Below, one piece after another: positions 56,201-64,000 of a stretch of 64,000 nt of DNA. The translations under genes and the position numbers were made by a program. The DNA is taken from positions 131,530 to 195,529 of the forward strand of contig JACPTF010000002.1 of assembly GCA_016192915.1 (NCBI GenBank). The letters are read 5' to 3'. The notes under the pieces were generated by a model. It searched no databases and was not told the origin of the DNA. It saw only the letters and a program-made list of their open reading frames with translations. The stretch comes from Candidatus Woesearchaeota archaeon. GTDB lineage: Archaea; Nanobdellota; Nanobdellia; Woesearchaeales; UBA10216. Position 1 is the stretch's first letter. The number at the start of each line of letters is the position of its first letter.

Positions 56201-56804
56201 CGTCTTCCGGCCTTTTCTCTATCAGCTTGTTGTTGATGTCCTTAAGGTAGTATTTTTTCTGGAATATGCTGGTTGCCAGCTCGTTGCCGTTAAGGTAGTC
56301 TCCTGGGTGTAGGGGCAGTTCGCCTGTCTTTTGCAGTTCCTTAATGTAGAATAGAAGGTTCTTGTATGCCTCAATCCTGTCATATCCTATGATTGATGCG
56401 AGCTTGCTTTTGTGTGCGAACATGTCAAGCAGCGCTGTCTTTTCCCCATCAGTCCCTTTTGCTGCCTCTGTCGCAGCCTGCCTTAGCTCTGCCCTTTTAG
56501 CCCTGTAAAGTATGTATGCTTTTGCGGTTTTTGCGTGGCCTTCTTCTATGAGTACTTTTTCAACAGCATCCTGTATTTCTTCAACTGATGGCAGCTTTTC
56601 TATTTTTGCCACATAATCAACAACAAGCCTTGTGAGCCTTTCTGCCTCTTTCCTGTCGCTTCCTCCAACAGCCCTTGCGGCTTTCATTATGGCAGATGTT
56701 ATCTTTTCAGGGTCAAAATCAGCCACCCTTCCGTCCCTCTTTACAATCTTGGAAACTTTTGTAACTATTACAGTTTTCCCCGTTTCAGAAGCCTTTGGTG
56801 TCAT
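53271..56804 (-). CDS. nrdJ: Class II (B12-dependent) ribonucleotide reductase with ATP cone and mini-intein
   Basis: VKRDG ATP cone, ANCF, GGGIG, RRGALM, NP[intein]CGE, ACNLAS, LGLGVMG, IAPTGT, KGITIYR, C-terminal Cys ribbon. Confidence 0.95.
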   Translation of the reverse strand: MTPKASETGKTVIVTKVSKIVKRDGRVADFDPEKITSAIMKAARAVGGSDRKEAERLTRLVVDYVAKIEKLPSVEEIQDAVEKVLIEEGHAKTAKAYILYRAKRAELRQAATEAAKGTDGEKTALLDMFAHKSKLASIIGYDRIEAYKNLLFYIKELQKTGELPLHPGDYLNGNELATSIFQKKYYLKDINNKLIEKRPEDVYSRLAAFMAAVEPTPEKQREWAARFYRALYEGYFVPGGRVIAGGGDLYRLKTLANCFVSLISEDNIEAIYQSAYECARTYSYGGGIGVDISGLRPKGSIVHNAADTSTGSVSFMELFSLTTGLIGQSGRRGALMLTIDIKHPDSPHFINVKKVPNWVTNQIVEQCKWSGKFNEQQLRDVERQVRENTQVRFANISLKVTDEFMQAVEEQNKYGTEKVLVYLKDKSVSGLGIMQGGAVHYSYGIPAKPIEKYRLMKAFDTFEELNSFLTGHNSEAITEKDLTDVSKRDMFGDFVVHDRSSEFDLAIKHAGDFMLYYNARETGEIKRLVKARTIWNAFIEGNYKTAEPGLIFWSTMVKYSPSNYVGRPIASTNPCVAGDTKIETDNGIMTIKEIAENYGNGGVNVAVDARMLPGNGLVLEGKILLPIAAAIKTGEKDTLKITTQKGFELVCTKDHKVMTTGGWAEARNLTAGNKILTNREGRSTYDNISSINANGLKEVYDLQEPITHSFIANGIVVHNCGEVPLEDGGACNLASVNLSRFVVNGYTDNAGIDWEGIKDTTALSVRFLDNVVTWNELLNPLEKQRKAAYETRRLGLGVMGIADMLNQLGTGYDSEKGIKILEEAAKLFANTAYDASAELAEEKTPSPIFEYEAYSRGRFFQEILTDETKETIRKKGLRNVAILSIAPTGTISNIVLGYRLGDRNFIGVSGGIEPVFALYYTRRSEGLSSGGSNMFFKIFHSTVDGYIQQHNLAEEAQKCKDAEELKRILPAHFFRTAHFIDPSKRVVVQGLWQKYIDHSISSTVNLPEDIDPETISNIYLDAWKHGLKGITIYREGSRFPILSTETHESEFQDSKEQIHDVEIDGEQKLLHGDDVIGLPNGRLTTAYHALRNGLLKKEGNRYLFTKAVDNFVSEPLATVAVAAEKKETHEAHGNGKEIYASDMKLSNCQSCGKKTLKIENGCHSCLNEDCGFSKCEV
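54648..55082 (-). mobile_element. 145-aa mini-intein in nrdJ
   Basis: Starts CVAGDTKI, block B CTKDHKV, ends VYDL...FIANGIVVHN followed by Cys; no LAGLIDADG domain. Confidence 0.92.
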
Positions 56805-56824
56805 CTTTCATTACCTCGCAATAA

Positions 56825-56873
56825 ATACAACCTGTTGTGTACCTCTCCCGTCTAGAACCCCAATATGTTGTGG
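56825..56873 (-). promoter_or_regulatory. Tandem NrdR boxes downstream of the nrdJ TATA box
   Basis: ATACAACCTGTTGTGT (56825-40) and CCCCAATATGTTGTGG (56858-73) vs consensus acaCwAtATaTwGtgt; TATA TTTAAATA at 56897-56890. Confidence 0.8.
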
Positions 56874-57011
56874 TTTTAGGATTCACACCTATTTAAAGGT
56901 TTTTGTGCCCAAAACTATATTAACCATAATTTATAATAGAATTTCTAGCTGGTGGTGGTGTAAATTCAAAAGCATCAATCGCAGTTGGTATAAGTTTTAT
57001 ATAAAACTCCA

Positions 57012-57290
57012 TCAACCAAGTTTCCAATACCTCTTCTGCCCCAGTATAAGCGCGGCAGTAAAAAGCACGTAAACGAACAGGTAGCTAACTTCTGTGAGGA
57101 AAAATCCGAAGTCAATCACGCTTTTGTTTTCAGCCAGCCGCATCGCAAAGCCGGCTGCAAACAGCGGCATCGCAATGTAAAGCGGATAAAGCCCTTTTCT
57201 GCTCGTCTTGAATTGTGAAAGGAAGCCATTCAGTACTGCAATAAGCAACGCAATGACAGCAGCCTCCCCAACAAGTTGCCAAAGCAGCAT
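57012..57290 (-). CDS. Small membrane protein
   Basis: Three hydrophobic segments. Confidence 0.65.
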   Translation of the reverse strand: MLLWQLVGEAAVIALLIAVLNGFLSQFKTSRKGLYPLYIAMPLFAAGFAMRLAENKSVIDFGFFLTEVSYLFVYVLFTAALILGQKRYWKLG

Positions 57291-57418
57291 TCAACCACAA
57301 CACTTTGCTCGATAATAATGTTTATTTTATTATATATTTTATAAAGTAAGTGTTGTAGTATCTATATATAAATGTTGCCATAAAACTTTAAAAACATTCA
57401 CTCACATTTGCTGCATTT

Positions 57419-57820
57419 ATGCCTGGCGCAATCCCTCACATAGCTGTTGGCCTTCTATCTGCAGCCCTTATCCACCTTAAGCACTTCCGGCTTGAGTTCA
57501 GCCTTGCCATATTCATTGGCAACCTTCTCCCTGACGCAATAAGGCAGGGCATCTCCGCAATAACACAAGGCACGATAGATGTTCTGCATGTCAGGCAGGA
57601 CGGCTTGTTTCGCTTCCTCTCAACAACTACCAACAGCCCTGCAAACTGGTTCACTCTCGGCTTCTTCCTGCTGCTTCTGGTAACATTCCTTTACCATTAC
57701 CACGTCATCAAGAAAAAGAAGCTCTGGGAGTACGAGGAACTCTACATATTCTTGCTGATTGGCATCGTAACGCATCTCATCATGGATGCACTCATTATAG
57801 AGAAGGGGCCGTGGTTTTAG
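57419..57820 (+). CDS. Membrane-bound metal-dependent hydrolase-like protein
   Basis: N-terminal PH, GNLLPD, C-terminal THLIMD. Confidence 0.7.
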   Translation: MPGAIPHIAVGLLSAALIHLKHFRLEFSLAIFIGNLLPDAIRQGISAITQGTIDVLHVRQDGLFRFLSTTTNSPANWFTLGFFLLLLVTFLYHYHVIKKKKLWEYEELYIFLLIGIVTHLIMDALIIEKGPWF

Positions 57821-57823
57821 CTC

Positions 57824-59428
57824 TCAGCTTTTGGTGTTAATGAACGGGCTTTGCGCTAATCTTGCTTTGTCCTGCTCAAGCAGCCCTGTGTTCGGGTAGT
57901 TCCAGTGGTAGCCTATTAAAGTCTTTTCCCAGTCGGCGGCTGTTGTTCCTGAATATCCATCAGGATGAGGCAGGTTTAAAGCGTGCCCAAGCTCATGGCC
58001 CAGTGCTCCTATTCCAAACCCCTCTGCCTTTCCTGATGGCAGCCAGCTGTTCTTGCAGCTATCCTTTGCATTTGGCGGGTTGTCTGTTGTGAAGTACTTA
58101 TCTAGAACCCTGTTGCAGTTGCCATCCTTGGCAGCATATATGCCCGCATCCCCCACTATCGCCAGTCCTCCTCCTGTTGGGTAAAATCTTCCTCCAGCAT
58201 ATCCTCCTCCTCCGAATGCCGCAACCCAGGTAACCCTGTTGGCAGGGAATTTGTTCCAGTCTGGCTCAACAGGGAAACCTTTTCTTTTCAGCTCATCTAT
58301 TATGCTTGCCTCAAAGTTGTTTTTGACACATCCTGCCTGGTTGTCCACGCACCAGTACCACTCGTGGCTATGGTCGCCGCTGACAACTTGCGGCTGCAGC
58401 ATTGTGAACGTAGTGCCTGCCTTAGTTAGGTAGAACTGCCTTATTTCCTCAAATTTGTCCTTCAGGTAATTTACCATATCCTGATCGTTGGCATAGTCTG
58501 TTGGGAAAAATATTACTGGTTGGACTTTATAGGATGTGTCAGCAGTTTTGCAGTTTCCAGCCATGCAAATCTGGCCTTGCTGGCATAGGCTGCCCTCATC
58601 CACTTGGCTATTGCAGTCATTGTCTTTGTTGTCGCATGCTTCTGCTGAAGGCTCAGTCTGGCCTGTGCAGCTTCCCCAGATGTGGCTGCTTTGGCAAACC
58701 TGAGTCCCCAACTTGCATAGTCCAACGTTGTTGTAGCCGCAGCTTTTTGTTTGTCCCGGGCTGCAATCACACGTTATGCCATCATCAGCCAATCCGTTGC
58801 AGTTGTTGTCCAAGCCATCGCATACCTCTGCTGTTGGGGTGCAGGTTGGTTGTGGCTGAGGCAGTGCCTGCTGCTGTGCCTGCTGTTGTTGCTGCTGGCT
58901 GACCTGCTGCCCTTGTGAGTTGCTTTCGCTTCCAGAGCTTCTTCTCACTCCTGAACCTTCTTCCTGGGCGGCTGTATCCTTTTTCTGCTCTTCAACCGCA
59001 CATTTGTTGTTATTGCAAAGCCCCGATGGGCATTCCCTATTGTTGCAGCACTCGTATTCCACACATGTCCTGTTGTTGGTGTAGCCGCACTCGCATTCTA
59101 TTTGTGCGCACTTGTTGGTGTTCACGCTGCACGTCTCGTTTTTGCCGCATTCTGCGTCAGCGCAGCATTCGTACTTGTGGCAGGTTTCGTTGGCAGCGTA
59201 TTCGCAATAGCCGCACGCGATGTTAGTGCAGGAATGATTTGTGCAGCTTTGGGAGGGGAGGCATCCTGTGTCTTCGCAGCAGTTTTGCGGCGTTTCGCCT
59301 TGCTCCAAAATGTCGTTGCCGCACCCTGCACGCTCACCGCTGTTTAGCAAAACCACTGTTGCCACTAGCAGTGGGGCAGCAAGCAGGCTATACAGGATTA
59401 TACCCGGAACCACTTTTGCTTTAAGCAT
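57824..59428 (-). CDS. Secreted Cys-rich protein with C-terminal zinc metalloprotease
   Basis: N-terminal TM/signal, Cys repeats, two E-x-C-D-x-x-DN-x-C-N motifs, poly-Q linker, HELGHALNLPH. Confidence 0.8.
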   Translation of the reverse strand: MLKAKVVPGIILYSLLAAPLLVATVVLLNSGERAGCGNDILEQGETPQNCCEDTGCLPSQSCTNHSCTNIACGYCEYAANETCHKYECCADAECGKNETCSVNTNKCAQIECECGYTNNRTCVEYECCNNRECPSGLCNNNKCAVEEQKKDTAAQEEGSGVRRSSGSESNSQGQQVSQQQQQQAQQQALPQPQPTCTPTAEVCDGLDNNCNGLADDGITCDCSPGQTKSCGYNNVGLCKLGTQVCQSSHIWGSCTGQTEPSAEACDNKDNDCNSQVDEGSLCQQGQICMAGNCKTADTSYKVQPVIFFPTDYANDQDMVNYLKDKFEEIRQFYLTKAGTTFTMLQPQVVSGDHSHEWYWCVDNQAGCVKNNFEASIIDELKRKGFPVEPDWNKFPANRVTWVAAFGGGGYAGGRFYPTGGGLAIVGDAGIYAAKDGNCNRVLDKYFTTDNPPNAKDSCKNSWLPSGKAEGFGIGALGHELGHALNLPHPDGYSGTTAADWEKTLIGYHWNYPNTGLLEQDKARLAQSPFINTKS

Positions 59429-60248
59429 TATTCCACATCTTTTTCAATATCAGCGCGTCTCCCTCAATGTTCGGGCTCTCCGAAATAACAACTCCGGCAA
59501 TGTCAAATTCTTTCCAGCTGCGCACAATTTCTTCATATTTCAAGTCCGACTCCCTCAGCGTCAAATGGTTTAATTCCCCTTTGCCGCTGTAGTTTACCCC
59601 CGCTATTTGTATGTGCATGTCCTTCAGCGCCTCTTTTCCAAGTTCTTTTTCTACAGCGGCAAGGATTTCCTTAAATTCCTCATGGCTGTTATTTTTGCTT
59701 TCGCGTGCGTGCATGTGCGCATAATCAATGCACGGCATGACCTGGTTGATTTCGTTGCACAGCCGCATTATCTCAGAAAGATCCCCGAACTGAGACCTTT
59801 TGCCTGTTGTCTCAGGCCTCACCCAGATGCCGCAGCCAATGTTCTTCAGTTCGGCAACAACCATTTTCAGCTGTCGCTTCACTTTTTCATACACTTTATC
59901 CTTATCCATGCCCAGATAGTAGCCTGGGTGGAAAGCCACGCTCTGCCCGCCGCACAGCCCTGCCACTTCAGCAGCCTTAATCAGCCTTTTTTTGCTTGCT
60001 TCCAGCTTCGCATCCTCGGCAGCGTTCAGATTGATGTAGTAGGGCGCGTGGCACGTCAGCACAACATTCTCTTTTTCGGCTGCGGCCTTGATTTTCGGAG
60101 CGTTCTCCCTGCTTATGTTCACAGACTGGACGAACTCGAGCTCCATTGCATCCAGGCCAAGAGCCCTTACCGCCTTTATTCCGGAAGCCGTGTCTGTCCC
60201 TTTTGCTGCTATGGGAATGCCTGCTGTGCCGAACAGTAGCTTATTCAT
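59421..60248 (-). CDS. Endonuclease IV-like TIM-barrel protein
   Basis: FGTAGIP, MELEFV, HAPYYINL, FHPG, ETTGK, IDYAH, ISESP. Confidence 0.88.
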   Translation of the reverse strand: MNKLLFGTAGIPIAAKGTDTASGIKAVRALGLDAMELEFVQSVNISRENAPKIKAAAEKENVVLTCHAPYYINLNAAEDAKLEASKKRLIKAAEVAGLCGGQSVAFHPGYYLGMDKDKVYEKVKRQLKMVVAELKNIGCGIWVRPETTGKRSQFGDLSEIMRLCNEINQVMPCIDYAHMHARESKNNSHEEFKEILAAVEKELGKEALKDMHIQIAGVNYSGKGELNHLTLRESDLKYEEIVRSWKEFDIAGVVISESPNIEGDALILKKMWNNA

Positions 60249-60280
60249 TAGAAATAGCTGTTGCAGCGTAAGATAAAAAC

Positions 60281-60868
60281 CTATCCAAACGAGCTGCCGC
60301 AGCTGCACACAGCATGAGCATTAGGGTTGTCAACTTTGAATCCAGACTTATTTAGCGACTCAACGTAGTCAATAACAGACCCCTTCAATGCCTCTGCGCT
60401 TGCCGCATTGACGACAACCTTCATTCCGTTCTTTTCTACAGCTATATCATCTGTTTTGACTTCATCATCCAAAGAAAACTCGTATGAGTATCCTGCGCAG
60501 CCTCCAGGCTTGACTTCAACCCTGAGGTTAAAGCCGCTAACGCCCTGTTTCTTCATGAGCTCCTTGACTTTCTCAACCGCTGCCTCTGTCACTTCAAATG
60601 TGGCAGGCCTTTCTTTTGGCCGCTCTGATTCTATTTTGGCTGCTGCTGCGTTTAACTCGTTTAGCATCGTGTTGAAATCTCCATCATTCATTACTGACGC
60701 GGCAGCTGCTTTGAGCTGCTCCTGATACGGTGTTCCGCAGCCACTCATTGCCATGCCGCGCATCGCCATAGTGTCAGCAAGCTGAGGGTATTTCAGCATT
60801 ATCTCTCCTATTGTTGTTTCGTTCCTTATCAGCTGTTTTTCAGTTGGCGTTTCCATTTTCATCACCAC
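60281..60868 (-). CDS. A-type Fe-S carrier (HesB/ErpA) with N-terminal DUF1858-like domain
   Basis: TIGEIMLKYP N-domain; GGCAGYSY, NPNA, CSCGSSF. Confidence 0.88.
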   Translation of the reverse strand: MVMKMETPTEKQLIRNETTIGEIMLKYPQLADTMAMRGMAMSGCGTPYQEQLKAAAASVMNDGDFNTMLNELNAAAAKIESERPKERPATFEVTEAAVEKVKELMKKQGVSGFNLRVEVKPGGCAGYSYEFSLDDEVKTDDIAVEKNGMKVVVNAASAEALKGSVIDYVESLNKSGFKVDNPNAHAVCSCGSSFG

Positions 60869-60889
60869 AGATGCAGTTGCTGCTGCTGG

Positions 60890-61144
60890 TTATAATATCT
60901 TCTCTCCGTTGTCCTTATTTTTCAGATGAATGACATTCACGGGGCAGGCTTCTGCTGCTGCCTTGTTTGCCTCGAAATCCTCTTGCCCAATTTCCAGCTC
61001 TTGCCAGCCGTCCGGCCTGTGCTTGCCGTCGATGATGTCTGTTTTGTTGTCCTCATTCATTACCCAGTTCTTCGCATTAACCGCAACGCATGCCGCGCAT
61101 CCGATGCAGTCCGGCCTGTTGTGCTCAAGCAGGTATTTTGTCAT
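60890..61144 (-). CDS. Ferredoxin
   Basis: CIGCAAC...ACPVNVI. Confidence 0.88.
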   Translation of the reverse strand: MTKYLLEHNRPDCIGCAACVAVNAKNWVMNEDNKTDIIDGKHRPDGWQELEIGQEDFEANKAAAEACPVNVIHLKNKDNGEKIL

Positions 61145-61890
61145 TGCGCAACCACCTTTATTGATTCGTAGCCTGTGCTTTCTATCTGGTGGACGAGCTC
61201 TGCCCCTCCGCTTTTAACAATTTTTCCATCCATCATTATATACACCTTGTTCGGCTTTATGTAGTTCAGTATCCTCTGGTAGTGCGTTATCAGCATCACC
61301 CCTGTTTCAGGGTTCATCAGCTTGTTTATGCCTTCTGCTACAACCTTGAGCGAGTCAACATCGAGCCCTGAGTCTGTCTCATCCAGTATTGCCATCTCAG
61401 GCCTGAGCATTGCCATCTGCAGTATTTCAGCGCGTTTCTTCTCGCCTCCTGAAAAGCCCTCGTTCAGGTAGCGGTGCATGAATGACTCATCAACCTTTAA
61501 TGTTTTCATTGTTCCCTTTAGCTGTTTTACAAATTCCCCAACAGGCATTGGGTTCTTTTTGTCTCGCCTTGCGTTTACCGCTGTCCTGAGGAAGTTTGCC
61601 ATGCTTACTCCGGGCACTTCGCTTGGGTACTGGAACGACAGGAACAGCCCTTTTTTAGCTCGTTCATTTACCGGCAGCTTCGTAACATCTTCCCCTTTGT
61701 AAATTATATTCCCGGAAGTTACCTTGTAGTTAGGATGGCCAAGAAGCGCATACCCTAGTGAGCTTTTTCCTGCGCCGTTTGGCCCCATCAGGGCAACTAC
61801 CTCGCCCTTGCTCACTTCAAGGTTTACTCCTTTGAGTATTTCCTTGCCTTCAACTTCCACGTGCAAATCTTTTATTTCAAGGTCGCTCAT
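61141..61890 (-). CDS. sufC: Fe-S assembly ATPase SufC
   Basis: GPNGAGKS, FQYPSEVPGV, GFSGGEKKR, LDETDSGLD, ITHYQR. Confidence 0.96.
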   Translation of the reverse strand: MSDLEIKDLHVEVEGKEILKGVNLEVSKGEVVALMGPNGAGKSSLGYALLGHPNYKVTSGNIIYKGEDVTKLPVNERAKKGLFLSFQYPSEVPGVSMANFLRTAVNARRDKKNPMPVGEFVKQLKGTMKTLKVDESFMHRYLNEGFSGGEKKRAEILQMAMLRPEMAILDETDSGLDVDSLKVVAEGINKLMNPETGVMLITHYQRILNYIKPNKVYIMMDGKIVKSGGAELVHQIESTGYESIKVVAQ

Positions 61891-62297
61891 TTCGCCTCCC
61901 TAACCCTGTTGGCCTCGTACTGCACTATCCCTTTCTGCACTGCCCTCAGCGCCAGCATTGCGCATTTTATCCTTACCGGTCCAGGGTTTATCCTTATTAT
62001 TTTAAGCATTTCGTCTTGTTTCATTGCTACAATCCCCTTGGCACTTTTTCCCCCAATCTCTTCTGTGAGCATTGATGCTGCTGCCTGGCTTATTGCGCAC
62101 CCTTTGCCTGTAAACATGGCTTCTTTCACTGTTCCGTTTTCCATCTTTAGCTGCATGGTTATTTCATCACCGCACACTGGGTTGTAGTCCTGATAGCTGA
62201 CATCAGCATCCCTGATTTTCCCGAAGTTTCTCGGGTTTTGGTAGTGGTCCATTATCTCTTCCCTATACAGCTCTTCTACGGGATCTGTTTTGTCCAT
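61887..62297 (-). CDS. sufU: SufU/IscU scaffold or sulfur-transfer protein
   Basis: NPRNFG, NPVCGD, GCAISQA, RIKCA. Confidence 0.9.
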   Translation of the reverse strand: MDKTDPVEELYREEIMDHYQNPRNFGKIRDADVSYQDYNPVCGDEITMQLKMENGTVKEAMFTGKGCAISQAAASMLTEEIGGKSAKGIVAMKQDEMLKIIRINPGPVRIKCAMLALRAVQKGIVQYEANRVREAK

Positions 62298-62303
62298 TTT
62301 CTT

Positions 62304-63590
62304 TCACGCTGTCCTTGCCGCCATTTTCTTCATTTTTGCAGCAGCTGTTTCCAGGGCCTCTGCTAGTTTTTCTATCTCTTCCTGGGTGTTGTACAGGTAG
62401 AAGCTTGCCCGCGCTGTGCCTGTTATGCCTAGGAGCTTTGCAAGTGGCATTGCGCAGTGGTGCCCGCCCCTTACAGCTATGCCTTCAGCATCAAGCATGG
62501 CCGAAACATCATGGGGGTGGATGCCGTTTATGTTGAATGAGACAAGCCCTCCTCTTCTCGCTGCTTCAGGCCCGTAGATTGTGAGTTCATCTATCTGCCT
62601 GAGCTTTTCCATCGCCATCTTGGTCAGCATTTTTTCATGCTCATGTATGTTTTCCACTCCAATCCCTTCCAGGTAGTCGACAGCAGCTGTCAGCCCAACT
62701 GCGCCTGCAACATTTGGTGTTCCTGCCTCAAACTTCCATGGCAGCTCGTTCCACTTTGCATCCTGGAAGCTTACCTCGCTTATCATGTCCCCTCCGTATA
62801 GGAGAGGCTCCATCTTTTCGAGCAACTCCTGTTTGCCGTAAAGGACTCCAATCCCTGTAGGGCCAAGCATCTTATGCGCGGAAAAAGCCATGAAGTCGCA
62901 GTCAAGTTTCTTTACGTCAACTGGCATGTGTGGCACAGACTGTGCTGCGTCCAGCACCGTTATTGCCCCTGCTTCTTTTGCTGCAGCTATTATTTCCTTC
63001 GCTGGATTTATCGTGCCCAGAACATTTGAAACGTGCGTGAACGCAACGATTTTCGTTTTTTTGCTCATCAGTTGCGGTAGTTGCAAATCGGACGATGTCC
63101 GATTGCACATTCCGCTTGTGGCGGAATTGTGCTGCAGCTTTAATTCGCCGTTGCCGTCTATTTCCAAAAACCTGAGTTTTGCTCCTGTCCTTTTGGCTGC
63201 CTGTTGCCACGGCACTATGTTGCTGTGGTGCTCCATCTGTGTTAATACTATCTCGTCCCCCTTCTTTAGTTGCTGTGACAGGGAATTTGCAGCCAAGTTG
63301 AGTGACTCTGTCGTGTTTTTGGTGAATATTACCTCTTCCATTCCAGTTGCCGCAATAAATTTGGCAACCTTTTCGTGGGCTTCATCGTATTCTACGGTGG
63401 CTTCCTGGCTTAGCTTATGCACTGCCCTATGCACATTGGAGTTGTAGTTCTCGTAGTAGTAGTTCATTGCCTGTATTACCTGAACCGGCTTTTGCGTTGT
63501 AGCAGCATTGTCTAAGTATACCAGTGGCTTTCCGTACACCTTCCTCTTCAGTATCGGGAAGTCCTCCCGTATCTTTTTGGCATTAATCAT
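62304..63590 (-). CDS. sufS: Cysteine desulfurase SufS, with in-frame hairpin-repeat insertion
   Basis: YLDNAATTQKP, EHHSN, SAHKMLGP, RGGHHCA. Confidence 0.96.
   Translation of the reverse strand: MINAKKIREDFPILKRKVYGKPLVYLDNAATTQKPVQVIQAMNYYYENYNSNVHRAVHKLSQEATVEYDEAHEKVAKFIAATGMEEVIFTKNTTESLNLAANSLSQQLKKGDEIVLTQMEHHSNIVPWQQAAKRTGAKLRFLEIDGNGELKLQHNSATSGMCNRTSSDLQLPQLMSKKTKIVAFTHVSNVLGTINPAKEIIAAAKEAGAITVLDAAQSVPHMPVDVKKLDCDFMAFSAHKMLGPTGIGVLYGKQELLEKMEPLLYGGDMISEVSFQDAKWNELPWKFEAGTPNVAGAVGLTAAVDYLEGIGVENIHEHEKMLTKMAMEKLRQIDELTIYGPEAARRGGLVSFNINGIHPHDVSAMLDAEGIAVRGGHHCAMPLAKLLGITGTARASFYLYNTQEEIEKLAEALETAAAKMKKMAARTA
63082..63132. repeat. Minimal 51-nt Family A doublet inside sufS
   Basis: TGCA-A-ATCGGAC-GAT-GTCCGAT-TGCA overlapping GCACA-TTCCGC-TTGTG-GCGGAA-T-TGTGC. 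Confidence 0.88.
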
Positions 63591-63602
63591 TGCCCATAAC
63601 CT

Positions 63603-64000
63603 CTAAGCTTCTGCAGCTGCCATTATCTCCTGCCCTGCTGTTTCCATCTTGGTTGTTATTGTTTTCCTCATGTCTTCTGTCATTTCTTCGAAAGGTATTT
63701 CCTTAAGGAGCGGCTCGAAGAACCCCTCTACGACGAGCTTTACCGCCTCGCTGCTTTTCAGTCCTCGAGTCATCATATAAAATAGTTTCTCCTTGTCAAG
63801 CTGCCCTACAGAAGCCTCATGAGAGGCCTTTACGTCGTAATTGTCTATCTCCAGCTTTGGTATCGGGGAGGCTCTTGCCGTGTCGCTGAGCAGCAGGATG
63901 TTTGCTTTCTGGTGCCCTTCTGAGTTTGCGGCGTCCTTCATTATCTTTGTGAAGCTTTGCACAATCGCCTTTGCCTTTCCCTTCAGCGCGCCCTTTATTC
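63603..64000 (-). CDS. sufD: SufD/SufB-family protein, C-terminal part (truncated by window edge)
   Basis: PKLEIDNYDVKASHEASVG, LFYMMTRG, VEGFF. Confidence 0.85.
   Translation of the reverse strand, partial: IKGALKGKAKAIVQSFTKIMKDAANSEGHQKANILLLSDTARASPIPKLEIDNYDVKASHEASVGQLDKEKLFYMMTRGLKSSEAVKLVVEGFFEPLLKEIPFEEMTEDMRKTITTKMETAGQEIMAAAEA

Noticed and set aside
56905-57010. Cobalamin riboswitch upstream of nrdJ
   Set aside because: No B12-box or conserved core visible, and the region lies upstream of the TATA box; only an imperfect hairpin and the AT palindrome AGTTTTATATAAAACT (56993-57008).
57297-57356. 9-bp inverted repeat ACAACACTT/AAGTGTTGT around an AT-rich core
   Set aside because: Single stem in a divergent promoter region; cannot be tied to the repeat families or separated from chance.

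Overview
Archaeal chromosomal segment, most likely from a DPANN lineage such as Woesearchaeota (inferred from gene content and style, not from a search). It holds the probable replication origin (cdc6 with two inverted ORBs around an AT-rich DUE) next to PolD DP1/DP2, many information-processing genes, a surface-protein cluster with three PIN toxin-antitoxin pairs, one tRNA-Gly(CCC), a class II RNR operon (mini-intein, PduO, NrdR, tandem NrdR boxes) and a SUF operon. The main unexplained signal is a set of small structure-conserved repeats with no mobilising gene in view. Family A: 51-nt doublets of head-to-head hairpins, each with a single extrahelical base and covarying stems. They sit in frame inside polC and sufS, carry extra nested hairpins in some copies, and at two loci interrupt Family B palindromes without target duplication. 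Family B: ~33-nt palindrome plus tail, often overlapping stop codons. Family C: 85-97-nt double long-loop hairpins with possible loop-loop pairing, two flanked by 7-9-bp direct repeats. Also notable: a 77-bp perfect identity between two diverged trmB paralogs, and a Hef gene split by one in-frame TAG. All calls are by eye, with no database searches.
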